Part shown: positions 1 to 13,000 of the stretch, in pieces
Layout: each line of letters opens with the position of its first letter
How positions within the stretch are numbered: the stretch's first letter is position 1
DNA from: Paraspadella gotoi
Taxonomy: Eukaryota; Animalia; Chaetognatha
Assembly: GCA_051294375.1 (NCBI GenBank)
Contig: CM119265.1
Coordinates: forward strand, 7,636,629 to 7,700,628
Length of the DNA stretch: 64,000 bases
Direction of reading: 5' to 3'
The notes under the pieces: generated by a model
The model's input: only the letters and a program-made list of their open reading frames with translations
The model's database searches: none
What the model was told of the DNA's origin: nothing
Position numbers and translations under genes: made by a program

Positions 1-1530
1 GACGAGGAGGGGTTCCTTGCGGTCGACGAGAAAATGTTAGGCGAGAAGGTGAGAGATGACGACAACAACGAATTCCCAAAAACAAAATGAGTGTCGAGGA
101 CGAACTGAAGAAAGATCCTCGAAGCCACCCCGCGTTCGAGTCACGGCGATGTCCCCTCTCAGACTCTCCATTCGAAGGCAAAGCGGAAAGGATCGTCGCA
201 AGAGCGTCGACGAAGCTGGAAAAACAACCTCGCGCTGACCAACCGCCGAAGAGGTTGAGCGGACCGGTTCCCTCGTGATCGTCATCTCTCCCAGTTTGGA
301 TGACCTCGCGGCTTTGCCGATCGAAGTTCCGGGACCGATGCGATCGATTCGCTCGACCTCGTCGACGAAGGACGAGAAAAAATGAAAAGAAGAAAAAGAA
401 GAATGGGATAAGATGCTCGGATGTTGGGAACGGTTTTGGCGGCATTCTTGGCCTGCCCATCAAGTGGCAGATGTACAAAGACGAGGAGGAGTGCTGCATG
501 ACATTTTGATCGGAAAAAGAGTTTTGGTGGAAACGGAAACTGGCACTGTGATTTTTTTTTTTTTTTTTTTTTTTTTGATGAGATAAAGATTGTTTTCATT
601 TTCTAGAACTGGTGAGGTCGAATTTTAGTCTGAGAAGAAAATGATTACCCCAAGTATCTCAATTTTAACCCTCAATTCTTACCAGCAATTCAAAACTGTA
701 ATATAATCCTCAATTCAAACCCTCAATTCAAAGCTTTAATCTCTGTTAATTTCTCTTCCCCACAGCATCTGAAGCATCCAGGCGGCCACAAAGGCGCTCT
801 CGACGTTGATCGCCGCTCACGGAGGCATGCAGCAAAATTTGATGGGTGAGTCAGTCAGAAAACGCACATAAATTTTAATCTAATCATTTCAACATTATCA
901 TTTTCTATCCTAATCTTTTTATATTCTTTACCTTCTCAGGACACGGAGGGCTGATGTCCGGACGCCACGGCAAATGATTCCCATGCAGCAGATGATGGTG
1001 TCGCCCACTCGCCAACTAGAGATCACGCGCCCAACACTTACCAGAGTCCGTACACACCATGGGAAGGGGTAAGTTTTTCAGGGACAAGGCTAATGAATTT
1101 GTGATTTGTGATTTAGATAAAAACTTCGTTCCGTTTTCACTTGTCTTCACTTTGTCTTCATTCCGTGACTCAAAATCACTCCGTCCTCCAGGATCCACCT
1201 TGCCAACGCTTCGCCCACTCACCGCGTGGACGGAGGCACGTTGACGCGCCAGCCGCGCATGCGTACGCACAAGGCACGCAGACTGGCGCGCAAAGCGGCG
1301 CCCGAGGTGGCAGTTCACCGAACAGGATCGTCATCCCGGGATCGGGTGAGTAAGAGACGGACGCTGGTGATTTTTGCTTCGGCGCCGGAGAATATCCTTG
1401 CAGCGGTGTTTTTGAATCACGGCGCTTTTGATGAAGATCCCAGACGATGTGTCCTGGTCTCCGATAGCGAGATAGGCTTTGGCTTTTGAACAAAAAAAAA
1501 ATTTAAAAATTTTAAAATTACGTTAATAAA
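1..1530 (+). CDS. 3' part of a spliced gene encoding an unrecognised Arg/Lys/His-rich protein (candidate exons <1-48, 163-253, 607-611, 766-845, 940-1068, 1192-1345, 1404-stop 1415)
   Basis: GC-rich blocks are bounded by polypyrimidine-YAG acceptors (cacag 765, ctcag 939, tccag 1191, tgcag 1403) and donors GTGAGT 846, GTAAGT 1069 and GTGAGT 1346. Joined exons give one open frame (...HLKHPGGHKG...RTGSSSRDRRCF*), and AATAAA lies at 1525-1530. The frame and the first exons are ambiguous and no family was recognised. Confidence 0.45.
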
Positions 1531-2121
1531 CCTAAAAATTTATGTTATTCCAAAAATAACTACATCATTGACATAACTGTTGCCGGTGTAGTGCGAGACG
1601 AGGGTATTTCAAAGTTTTATTCGACGGGACGCCGAGAAAGAAAAAAAAGAAAGTTGGAAAGAAGACAGAGAGGAAATGGAGACTTGAGAGTGAAGAGTCT
1701 CATTTGCATATTTGTCTGGAAATCGACGAAAGTTCGAATCCAAAAGGTGTTTTGATCGGGCACTGTCGGGCGCCGATATTCTTAATTATTTTTGTTACTT
1801 GATAATTTTAGCTTCAACGCTTCTACAGATTTTATTGTTGTTTTGATTTGGTTATCAGAAGTTTGATTTTTCTTTTAAATTATAGTGGAGAGCCTGTGGC
1901 AGACGGTACCTCGTTGTTAATGCCTGAGTTCCAATAAAATATGAAACTGACACTATAATAACAAACTGTAATTAGTATGTAAAAAAAGTATGTAAAGATT
2001 GTTACGATCCCTTAATGATTGTGAAGTCATTTGTCTCCCATATCATATCCTCTCCCCTAACAACCGATCATCGTGATCGATAAGAGATAAAAGACTAATT
2101 AATCCAGATCTCAAGTCATAA

Positions 2122-2123
2122 TC

Positions 2124-2209
<86 letters not shown>
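2122..2209. repeat. (CT)n microsatellite, representative of dozens of (CT)/(GA) tracts (e.g. 2616-2716, 4131-4276, 17035-17133, 31505-31665, 39057-39163, 45815-45935, 53548-53655, 60816-60932)
   Basis: Directly visible dinucleotide runs. Confidence 0.99.
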
Positions 2210-2212
<3 letters not shown>

Positions 2213-2613
2213 GTTCTCAGATCGAAGCCCTGCCGGTCTCTTGGTCATTGTCTCTCCTCCGGCGCTTTTCGTAAGATGCGCTTTTGCCGCTTCGTCATTC
2301 TCTGTCGTCGTTCATCGTCGTCATCCGTCGTCGTAGTGTTTGTCTTCGGCCATCGTCTGCCTTCGTGTTTACAAACGCGCGCCCGTCTCGCTTTGACTCG
2401 TAAATCATTATTTATCGACGCGAGACGAAAGGAGGTGCGGCGGCCGCTGGCGTCGCCGCTGCCGCGTCGCAGCCGCAGCCGCAGCCGCAGCGGCGTCACT
2501 GTCACTGGCTCCTTTCACCCCCGCCACCGCCGCGCCACCGCCTTCTTAAATTTCCACGTCGTTCATGTCTGGGTCGTCGTGATGTTCCGTCTCTGCTCTC
2601 GTCTGGGTCTCTC

Positions 2614-2719
<106 letters not shown>

Positions 2720-3703
2720 CTTCGTCACAACTCCCCAGTCTCAACCTTTATCAAACTTCATGCATTCGCGTTGTTCGTCGTCATCGTCGTCGTCGTCGAT
2801 ATGGAGATCGCTAATGATTTCCGGGATATCAATCATCGAAAAGCTGCTCTTCGAATGACGATAAAATGGGCGTCTGCTTTCGCCCTTCGTCCCCTCTACA
2901 TCTTTCATTTCAACTTCTCCTCTCTACTTTTCTTTCATTCCCTTTCCCCTCTATATCTTCTTCTTTTTTCATTTCTCTTCTCCTTTTCTTTTCTTTTAAC
3001 TTCCTATCTTCGTCTTTTTTCCTATTTTAATCTTTCGTTCTTTTTGCTTTTTCCCTCGCTAGAAAACTTTTTTTTAAATTTTTACATTTTCTTGTTGAGT
3101 ACTAGTATAAAAATGGGCTAATGCGAAAATTTTGAAATTAAAAAAAATATATATATCAATGTTCTCTAGTACAAACCATTCATGATCAACTATTCGAATT
3201 TTGATCGGCAACTTTCACTACGCCTTATTATTTATGGAAAACCAAATAAAATTTTGAAAAAACTTGGTCTTCGAAAATCATGAGCTTCGCCAAAAGTAGT
3301 GGGTACATTTCTTTCGCAAGTCTCCCTTGCTACAGTTTTTTCATCACGCACTACTTATTCCCAGGAAAGTATAATCATTTAATTTCAACCACCACTTTAC
3401 CGTTCAAGGTCCCGTCCAATAAAGTTAAGAGAGCTCTCGTATCACATTTTTCCTACGACCGTTTCTTCGTAGTTCCATATTAAGGCTACAACTTTCAGCC
3501 AACCAATTTGAGAACAGCATGTATCAGCATCGTTCATCTCTTTCATATTTTTTAATATCGATTGATATCCTATTTCTCCGCCGTCCCTTTCCCATCCCTT
3601 ACCACGCCTACTACCTCCCTCACGCGCGATCACCACGAAGAGTCTTATGTGGTGATGACGTTAGCATAATTTCAATCGATGCCGTTCGACTCTTCGACTC
3701 TTC

Positions 3704-3806
3704 GTCGTCGTTCGTCGTCGTCGTCGTCGTCGTCGTCGTCTTCAGGTTTCTCCCGGAGCAAATTCGACGAACAGAAAAGGATGGGACAATTATGGGGGCC
3801 TGAGAA

Positions 3807-3852
<46 letters not shown>

Positions 3853-3853
3853 T
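3704..3853. repeat. Inverted (GTC)n ... (GAC)n trinucleotide tracts forming a fold-back
   Basis: (gtc)n-ttcagg at ~3712-3746 and cctgagaa-(gac)n at ~3799-3853. Confidence 0.85.
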
Positions 3854-4139
3854 CTCCTATGACGATTTTCATGATAACTATGATTACGTAGTAGTTGATG
3901 AAAGCCCGCGGATAGTGATTTTGAACTGAAGCTGAATAGGATTAAAATGATGATGACGACGATTACGCTAATGATAAAGATGTTGCGGAAGATGTCACTA
4001 TAGAAGGCATCCATTAAATTCTTTTTCTTACCTTTCATCCACGTTCAATGCAAAGCCCTCGTGCTCACCTTTATATTTACGCTGACGTCTCCTCGAGGCC
4101 TCGTACCCAAGCGCCTTAATCGTGGCGTGACAGAGAGAT

Positions 4140-4188
<49 letters not shown>

Positions 4189-4189
4189 T

Positions 4190-4224
<35 letters not shown>

Positions 4225-4249
4225 NNNNNNNNNNNNNNNNNNNNNNNNN

Positions 4250-4281
<32 letters not shown>

Positions 4282-5706
4282 TGGGGTCAGCGAGTCTAGG
4301 ACGTCGAAGCCGTCGCCTCGGATCGCCTCACCTCAAGTCGAATCCTTCTTCATTTCTCTCACGAGATGGCGCTGCGATGCAGTGAAGAATCGCGGGGGAC
4401 GGAGAGAGAACGGACAGACAGACATATTGACTGACGAACGGACAGACTTAGAGACGAACAGGTATGGAAATGAAAAAGAGGAACGCTTCTAAAAAACATC
4501 TGTTCTAATTTCTCAGTTCTCAAATTAAATTAGTAATTAACCGCGAACGATAAAGCGAGAGAGTAAGCGGAAGAAGGCAAAAATGAAGACGCGGCGACGA
4601 CGATGACGACGACGACGGCGACGACGACGAATCCGGCGAAGAAGACAGCCAAAACAATTTTCAGAAATGCTTAGTCTGCTTCTCCCACTTCACCCGACTC
4701 TCCCACTCTCGCCATCCCTTTATTCGACCAATGAGAAGTTAGAATTCGACGGAACCAATCAGAATTGAAAAGGCAGATTTAAAAAAAAAAACTTTAATGC
4801 GTCCACGGATGTCGGTAACATATTTTTTTTTGAGTGGTTGGTGTTTTACTCAATACAATATTTACATTTTTGCCAAAAGGTCTGGATAAGATAAGTCTCC
4901 AAGTAATATAAAAAAAATGTCTGTTTAAATATATACGTGTTGCTAAATAAGCTAAAAAGGATTTTAGTTACTGTCTCGCCATCTTGGAACATTCGATTCT
5001 TTCTTTCTTCTCCGCCGAATGCAAAAATCTTCGAAGGCCATTAATTAATTTTTATCGCGAGGAAAGGGAGGAGGAGGAAGAAGAAGAAGAAGAGGAGGAG
5101 GAGGAGGCAAAGTCTAATTGATTTGAATCTCGAAATTACAGTAAATACGAAGAAAAAACGTGGGAATCGAGGAAAAAAAACCAAAGAAAAGATAAAATGG
5201 ATGCGAAAAAAAATTGAAATCACAAAAAGTAGGAAAATTGGTTTATGTTTTCTCTTTAATAATTAATCATCAATTAATCAATTAATCATAATTACTTACC
5301 TTATTAGTTGTTAGGAAGCAATTGTTAAAAGCGAGTGTAAATTTTTACAAAAAATTACAACTCACTCACAATACTAGACGAACTTACTTACGGTCACAAA
5401 CACTTTGCAAAACGATTTTTCCACAATTTGGATCGGAGTGAAAAAAACTTTCGGGACAAGAATAACAATAACGTTCACGACGGCAAACGACCACCCAGGA
5501 TAAGCGTCAACATAAACGATTTAAAAAAAGTGACGTTTCTCTTTTCTCCCTTTTCTTTTTCTCCCATCTCCCTCTCTCTCCCTCTCTCTCCGTCTCTCTC
5601 TCCCTATCCCCCCCTGCCGCTTTCTCCTTTTGGCTTCTCCGCGAGAATGTAAGATGGCAGCGCAGCGGTCGTGATTGGCTCCATCTTGTCTTGATGATCC
5701 GCATCA

Positions 5707-5775
<69 letters not shown>

Positions 5776-6791
5776 CCTGCATCTTCTCTTCTCGATTTCC
5801 ATCGACTCCCCGTTTGTTGTTTTTCTCTCTCCGTGTCAGGGATCACGTGATCTACAAGTGGATGAACTGTCGATGGAAACTTTTCTTCCATTAAATCCAC
5901 TTTTATTTTTTCTTTTCCTATTTTTAAACGAGTTTAGGGAAGATCGATTTGTTTGTTGGTCGCTCCATCGCCCTGCCGATCTGTCGGTCGGCTTGTCGGC
6001 TTGTCGGCTTGTCGGTTGAGTACAGCGATGATTCTGTTGATTTTCAAGAATTGAGTGAAAAATTTTTTTATTAGGGGTGCCCCCGATTTTAGCTTTGTAA
6101 AATAAATTATGGCGTTATATTATCAATAAACTCTATTCTTGATAGGAAAATCACCTGCTCGTTCTCTCTCTCTCTCTCTCTCCTCTCTCTCGTACTCATC
6201 TCGTTCTTCGTCTCTCTGCTCGTCTCTCTCCNNNNNNNNNNNNNNNNNNNNNNNNNNNNNNNNNNNNNNNNNNNNNNNNNNNNNNNNNNNNNNNNNNNNN
6301 NNNNNNNNNNNNNNNNNNNNNNNNNNNNNNNNNNNNNNCGTCTTTTGAAATATTCATTCCCTCCTGTCTCTTGTGCATCGTCGAAAAGAAATGTACCGTA
6401 ATATAAAGGAAAACGGGAAAAGAAGAAGAAAAAAAACTGTGGCGCCGTCGCTCGATCCAAAGGAAAAGTCAGGAAAGAAAATATAAGGAAGAAAGCAGAG
6501 ATATATTAAGTTTGATTTTTAAGCTATTTAGTTGTTTCGCCGTGCAATGTTTTGATAACTGAGTTTTTATTAAACAATTTTGGAGGTTTCTATTTCCTCT
6601 TGGGTTAATTATATTGATGTTATTATAAAAGAATCAAGACAATATGGATCTAATTAGTAGAAATGTTTTTAAAAATATAAAAAATGTCCAAAATAATTTT
6701 TTTTTCATATCTCACTGGGCAGAGAAATTTTAGACCTAAAAAAATATATGTGTACATATAAAAAGGAGGTATTGTCTCAAAGTCCTGATCT

Positions 6792-6822
<31 letters not shown>

Positions 6823-6884
6823 ATTCCTTTCCGCCGGCGACGGCGTATTTTTTTTAGGCTTTGATCTTTCGTCTCGTCGATGTT

Positions 6885-6951
6885 GACGTCGTCGTCATCA
6901 TCGTCGTTAGTGTCGTCGTATTAGTCGTTGTTGTCGTCTCGATCCTTGACA

Positions 6952-6982
<31 letters not shown>

Positions 6983-7016
6983 TAGTGTCGTCGTATTAGT
7001 CGTTGTTGTCGTCTCC
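6885..7016. repeat. 75-bp GTC-derived minisatellite (clean copies)
   Basis: The unit gttagtgtcgtcgtattagtcgttgttgtcgtctcgatccttgacatcgtcatc(gtc)n starts at 6906 and again at 6981. Confidence 0.9.
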
Positions 7017-7619
7017 GCCGAAAAGTTTTAAATCCAATAGTGTGCTCCAACCTTACCCTCGCTCTCTCCCTTATAAGTGCTGTTTGGATAATAATAATCT
7101 ATTATACTTCTTCGTCTCCTCTCCCTCTCCGCTCCTCCTCTCCTTCTCGAGAATCTCTCCCCGTCTCTCTTCTCTCCCTTCCTCTTACTTCGTCTCTCGC
7201 TCTTCCTCTCTCTCTCTCCAAACTACAGGTTTCCACCTCTGCCAATATTTTTTCTCCCTCTTCCTCGTCTCCATCCTCTTCTCTTTCCTCTCCGTTCTGA
7301 CCTCTGTCCCCTGTGCCCCTTCCTCCCTTTGTGGCGGACTCGTTGTTTCCTTTGTCAGCCCCTCTGTCAGTTTAGTCTCTCCGATTTTTCCCTTCTCTAC
7401 TCCTTCGTCCCTCTCTTCCCTTCCTTGTCTTCTCTCTCTCTCCTTTCTCTCTCCTCTTCTCTTTCTCCTTCCTTCTCTCCTGCTCTCTTCATCTGCCCTC
7501 TGCACTCTCTTCATCTGCCTCTATCTCTCCATCTCTGCTAAGGGCTCACTCGCCTCCGCACATCGCGTCAAGAATGAATATAGCGCAGCCGTTCCTTGGT
7601 GAAAACAACAACCTATGCA

Positions 7620-10060
7620 CCCGCAGTATTATTCCATTCCCTCCTGCTCTTGTTGCGATCGGGTCGAAGAAAGAGAAATCTTCAAATAGACCAGCCGAAC
7701 TTCAACAAACCAAGTGCAACAATCCTCCCTCATCCGCACCCCTCCTCCCCCGCCCCCCCCCCCCCGCCCGTCCCTCCCGTCCAATCTATATAAAGGGGAG
7801 GGGTAGAAGCCCGGAGAAGAAGACTACGAACCGCGCGCCGGCGCCGAAGAAAAGAAAATGGAAACGCTGCAGAAAAATAACAAAGAAAAAAAAAAAACTA
7901 GAGTGTGCGGGGCCGTCACCGCTCTGGATCTTCAAAAGGAAAGTTCACGGAAGAAAATCAGTAAGGAAGAAGCAGTGATATATTTAAACGGTTTGATTTT
8001 TAAGCGTATTGTAGTTGTTTCGCCGTGCAATGTTTGTGAATAACTGAGTTTATTACAACCATTTTGGAGGTTTCTATTTCCTTCCTTGGGTTTAATCTAT
8101 ATTGGATGTTATTATAAGATATCGAAGACACATATGGATCGTCTATATTAGTTTAGAAATGTTTGTTTCTATATTACGTTCGTATAAAAATGTCCAAATA
8201 AATTTTTTTGTTCATATTCTCACTGGGCAGGAAAATTTAGACCTAAAAATAATATATGTGTTACATATAACAAGGACGGTTTGTCTGCAAAGTCCGGATC
8301 TTCCGTCGACTCTTCTCGGTTCGATCGTCCCGTCGTCGTCAGTCGTCGTATTCCTTCCGCCGGCAACGGCGCGTATTTTTTAGGCTATCTGATCGACGGA
8401 AATCATCTTTTTGTCTCTGTCGATGTTGGACGTCGTCGTTGCGGTCAATTCATCGTCGCGTTAGGTCTGTATTGAGTGCGTTGTTCATGTCGTCTCAGAA
8501 TCCTTGACATTCGATTCATCTGTCCGTCGCTCGTCGCAGTTCCGTTCGCGCCGTACGTTCAGTGTGTCGTGGTAATTAGCTCATTGTTTGGTCGTCTCGA
8601 TTCGCTTGGACATCGTCTTCAATTCGTCGTCGTCGTTCGTCGGTATCGTCGTTAGTTGTTGTCGCGTATAGCTCTGTTTTCGTTCGTCGTCTCGATCTTG
8701 ACATCGTCAGCGTCGTCCTCGGTTCGTCATTCGTCGTAGTGTCGTCGTGTCATTAGTTTCGCTTGTTGTCGATCTCGGATCCTTGGGACATCTGTTCTAT
8801 CGTCGGGGTCCAGTTCGGTTCAGTCGTCTCGTGTTAGTGTCGTCGTATTTTAAGTCGTTGTTGGTCGTCTCGATCCTTGACATCGTCATCGTCGTCGGTC
8901 CGTCAGTCGTCTCGTTCGTTAGTGTCGGTCGTTTGTATAGGTCGGTTGTCTTGTCGTCTCGATCCTTGACATCGTTCGTCGTCGTCGTCGTCCGCGGTGT
9001 GAGGGCTTGAGTTTGTCAGGTCGTCTTGATTTTATGCATCGTTGGTTTGTACGGTCTCCGATCCCTTCCTTGACGTATCGAATCGTCAAGTCGTTCGGTT
9101 TCGTCGTCCACGCGTTCGCTAAGCTGCCGTCTTCGTGCGCTCCAAGGTTGTCCCTGTTGCCGATGTAGTCTTGGTCCCTCGTTTTTAAGTCCGCGGTTGT
9201 GTCGTGCGTATCCCGGATCCGCCTTGGTACATACTCGTACGTCCGGTCTGGGTCCGTCAGTCCGTAGGAGCACGGCGTCATCGCGACGGTCTCTTGTTGG
9301 GTCGTCGCGTCATGCCTAATTGACGGCATGCCGGATAGTCGCGGGCGCGCCAGTACTGCTCGGCTATGTAGTTCGTGTTGCGCGTGTCCTTGTGGGCGTC
9401 TGTCGGATCTCTGCTTGATAGTCGCGTTGGCATTGGTCTCTAGACCGGTCGTTCCGTCGGTCGGCTCTCCGTTCGTATCCGCCTATCGTACGTCGATAGT
9501 GTCCGTTCCGTTATTAGTCGTTGGTTGTCGTCCTCATCCTGTGGAGCATCGTCATCGTTCACGTTCGTGACGTCGTTTTCGTCTGTGCGTCTGTCTGAGT
9601 GTGCGCCGCTGTGACGGTAATGTAGTCCGCTTGGTTGTCGTCTCGATCCTTGAAATCGTCGTCGTCGTCGTCGTCGTTAAGTTGTCGAGTTTTCCGTACG
9701 ATTAGTCGCTTGTTGTCTGTCTTCGAGATCTTTCCTTGACATGTCATTCGTCACTCTCGTCGTCCGTCGTACGTCGTTCGTCGTCGTCGTTAGTGTCGTT
9801 CGTATTAGTCGTTGTCTGTTTTTTCGTCTCGATCCTATGACCTATCGTCGTCGCTCGTTCGTATCCGTCCGCGTCGCGTGGTAGGTCTTGTGTCGTATGT
9901 AGTCGTTGTTCGTTCGCTCTCGATCCTTGGACATCTGTCATTCGTGCGTCGTTCGTCGTCGTTGTCGGGTTTAGTGTCGTCTGATGTTAGTCGTTGTTGT
10001 TTCTGTCTCGTCCTTTGACATATCGTTCATCGTCGTTCGTACTCGCGTCGTTACCGTCGC
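7620..10060. repeat. Error-rich second copy of ~6345-7016 followed by a long noisy array of the 75-bp minisatellite (probable raw long-read fill)
   Basis: 7860-8400 aligns to 6410-6880 with many 1-2 nt insertions (e.g. agttgtttcgccgtgcaatgttt, ctcactgggcag, ttagacctaaaaa). The motif tctcgatccttgacatcg recurs throughout 8490-10020. Confidence 0.85.
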
Positions 10061-13000
10061 CGGGCGCGCCGATCTCATCGAACGTCAGCTTGAGTTTTGA
10101 CTACTGTCCGGCGCGAAATGTTACATGTGAGCGAGCGAAAAAAAAAAAAGGGAACGACAGCNNNNNNNNNNNNNNNNNNNNNNNNNAAGCGAAATGAAAA
10201 ATGGGAGGAGAATTTCCAAGAAATGATTCTGATATCATTCGCCGTTAGATTCGACGCTTCGATTATTCACGAACCCATTAGTCATTCGTTGGGGGGTGGT
10301 GGGGGAGAGGATTAATGGGATAATTCGATCTTCGCTGACTTTGTTTGGTCAAGCATTCATTCATTCATTCATTCATAAGTTTATTAATTCATTTCTTCCT
10401 TCAGTTTTTTATTAGTTTATTTATTGACTCCTTAATTCATTCATTAGTTTATTGACTAATTAGCTAGTTTGCTTATAATCTTATTCGTTCATCAACTTTT
10501 TTTTTTCAATCATTTAATAATTTATCAATGCTTTTTTATATTAAATAATAGCGAAATAAGAAAGAGAGGGCGGGCCGCTCCACAATCCTCCTGGCCGCTC
10601 CACCCTCCCCTCTCCATAATTTTCTCTTCTCTCTTTCCTCCATATTCTCTTCTCAGGGCCCCCCCCCGGGCCTCCCTGGGGACCGAGCCCCTCGCCTGAG
10701 GTGAGGGTGTTCCCCCCCTCTCGCCGCCCCTGATTTTTATCACTCAACGAAGCATTCTTTTTCTTCTATTTTTCATTATTTCTCCGAATNNNNNNNNNNN
10801 NNNNNNNNNNNNNNCCGGACTGCGGTCATCCGATCGCGCTCGCCTTGCCTGCCCGGTGGTCGGCTCACCGGCTACTCTCTCAATTCGCCAGTCACAAGAC
10901 CAGCGCGTACCCAGAGTCAGGCTTCCCCTACTCATGAGCCTCGGAGCAGTACAGGAACGCGAGTGGAGTAACTGTTCCGATAATGCGCGCCGCTCCTCTC
11001 CTTCTCTCGTCTTTCCTCATCGCCTCTCTCACTCGATCTCTCTCGATAATCAACATAGTTAGATCGCTAGTCTCCTCTCGGATCGTTCCTCCAGGCTCCC
11101 TCCCGTTTTTACTTTCTCTCTTCTCATCTTGGACTCCTCATGGTTGAAAATCAATGGGGAGGGGAAGAAAAAAATAAACAAAACCCAATACAACAACAAC
11201 CTCGGACGCTCGGCCATGCTCATAACGTCTTCATTGCCCTCCCAAGCCTCCCCTCCCCCCCCCACCTCTCTCCTCCACCCCCTGCCTACACCTCAAACTG
11301 AAAAAAATGACCTCTTATGCTTTTGTGTTAGAAGCCAAAGAATGGCGGCTGACCTGCCCAGCTGGGATATCCGGTAGTTCACTGCGCTGCGCCGGTAGGA
11401 TGGACAGTGTACGCAAGAGAGAGAAGACCAGAAGAGAAGAAAAAAAAAAAGAAAGTAGACCGTAAAAAAGGAATAAAATAAAGAAAGTTATGAATAATTG
11501 ATTAGAACTTTGAATACCGTCGGATGCTGGCCGGCGCCAACGGTTCTATAGCACCGTCGATTAGAATAAGCTAATGAACTTTAAACGATTCTACTATCTA
11601 TTATGATTATGGTTCAGGATTGTTTCTTTATTAAATGGCGTAGAATGACGCGTTGCTGTAACGTCGGTCTGTCTGTATTTTCTTAATTTATTTCTTTCTT
11701 TATTTCTTTGTATCTTTCTCTTTTTTTCTGTCCTTTCCTCCTGTGGTCTGAAACTGTCCTTCTGTCTTTCTGTCTGTCTGTCTTTTATTTCTTTAACTCT
11801 TTCTTTCCTTTCCTTTCCCTTCCTTTCCTTTCTTTTCCCTCTAATCGACAGAAATTCGTATTCGCTTCCCGATCGATATAACTGCTCTTTTCTTTCCTTC
11901 CTTTTCCGTTTTCCCGTCGTAAACTTACGACTCCCGATATTCTATTTTTTATCGTCATTTATCATTTTTTTTCTTCGCCCGTTTTCACCCTTCTCCCCTG
12001 ACCCCACGGTCCCCCCTACCCTCTTTTTTCATGCTATTGTTATTCGCGGTTTTAGGGNNNNNNNNNNNNNNNNNNNNNNNNNNNNNNNNNNNNNNNNNNN
12101 NNNNNNNNNNNNNNNNNNNNNNNNNNNNNNNNNNNNNNNCAAGTTTAAAGAATTAGCAAAGTAGAGCGATATGCAAATGAGAGTGTTATTCTCAAAACCG
12201 GCCTCTTAAAATTCAGCGAAGAAAACTTATGAGAAATCCCTTTTTCTCCTTGGTTTGTAAAAGTTATTCACAGTTTTAAGTCTTTTCTCTAATCCTTAAA
12301 AAAAACCTTCCTTGACTTCCCTAGATTCTTTTAAACACACCCCAGCGACAAAATATATCACCACTGACCTGCGAAGAGATATTTGTCCAATCATAGCCAT
12401 CCAAATGTCGTCCAATCACCGCCACCGTCCGGCACAGTGACTCGTCCCCCGTTTTTTTTTATTCATTCATTCNNNNNNNNNNTCTTTCGCGAAATAGATC
12501 ATTGTGTAGCCATGTTTGATATAGATCGCGGATACGACGTTTATGTGAAGCATTAATCATGCGAACCCGANNNNNNNNNNNNNNNNNNNNNNNNNNNNNN
12601 NNNNNNNNNNNNNNNNNNNNNNNNNNNNNNNNNNNNNNNNNNNNNNNNNNNNNNNNNNNNNNNNNNNNNNNNNNNNNNNNNNNNNNNNNNNNNNNNNNNN
12701 NNNNNNNNNNNNNNNNNNNNNNNNNNNNNNNNNNNNNNNNNNNNNNNNNNNNNNNNNNNNNNNNNNNNNNNNNNNNNNNNNNNNNNNNNNNNNNNNNAGA
12801 GAGAGAGAGAGAGAGAAATACTAAATGCTAAGGGAGTTCGTTCAACTTCGATTTTTTCTTTCGCTCATTGTTGTTTTAATTCGTCAGATTGTGGTTGAGT
12901 CATCACCGGTGGAAGGAAACGATGCCCCCACAACGACAATAACGACGACGACGACAACGACGACGACGACGACTTATATGTCGCAATTAACAACATTATT

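Noticed and set aside
940-1068. Alternative frame with an in-frame TGA (DTEG*CPDATAN...) suggesting selenocysteine
   Set aside because: Another frame is fully open and phase-consistent with the upstream exon, and no SECIS was recognised.
1732-1741. gttcgaatcc, a tRNA B-box/T-loop-like motif
   Set aside because: No acceptor stem, D-arm or anticodon arm can be folded around it.
8430-10050. Regularly recurring tctcgatccttgacatcg motif resembling a CRISPR repeat-spacer array
   Set aside because: The intervening sequences are noisy copies of one GTC-rich unit rather than unique spacers. The context is eukaryotic and there are no cas genes.
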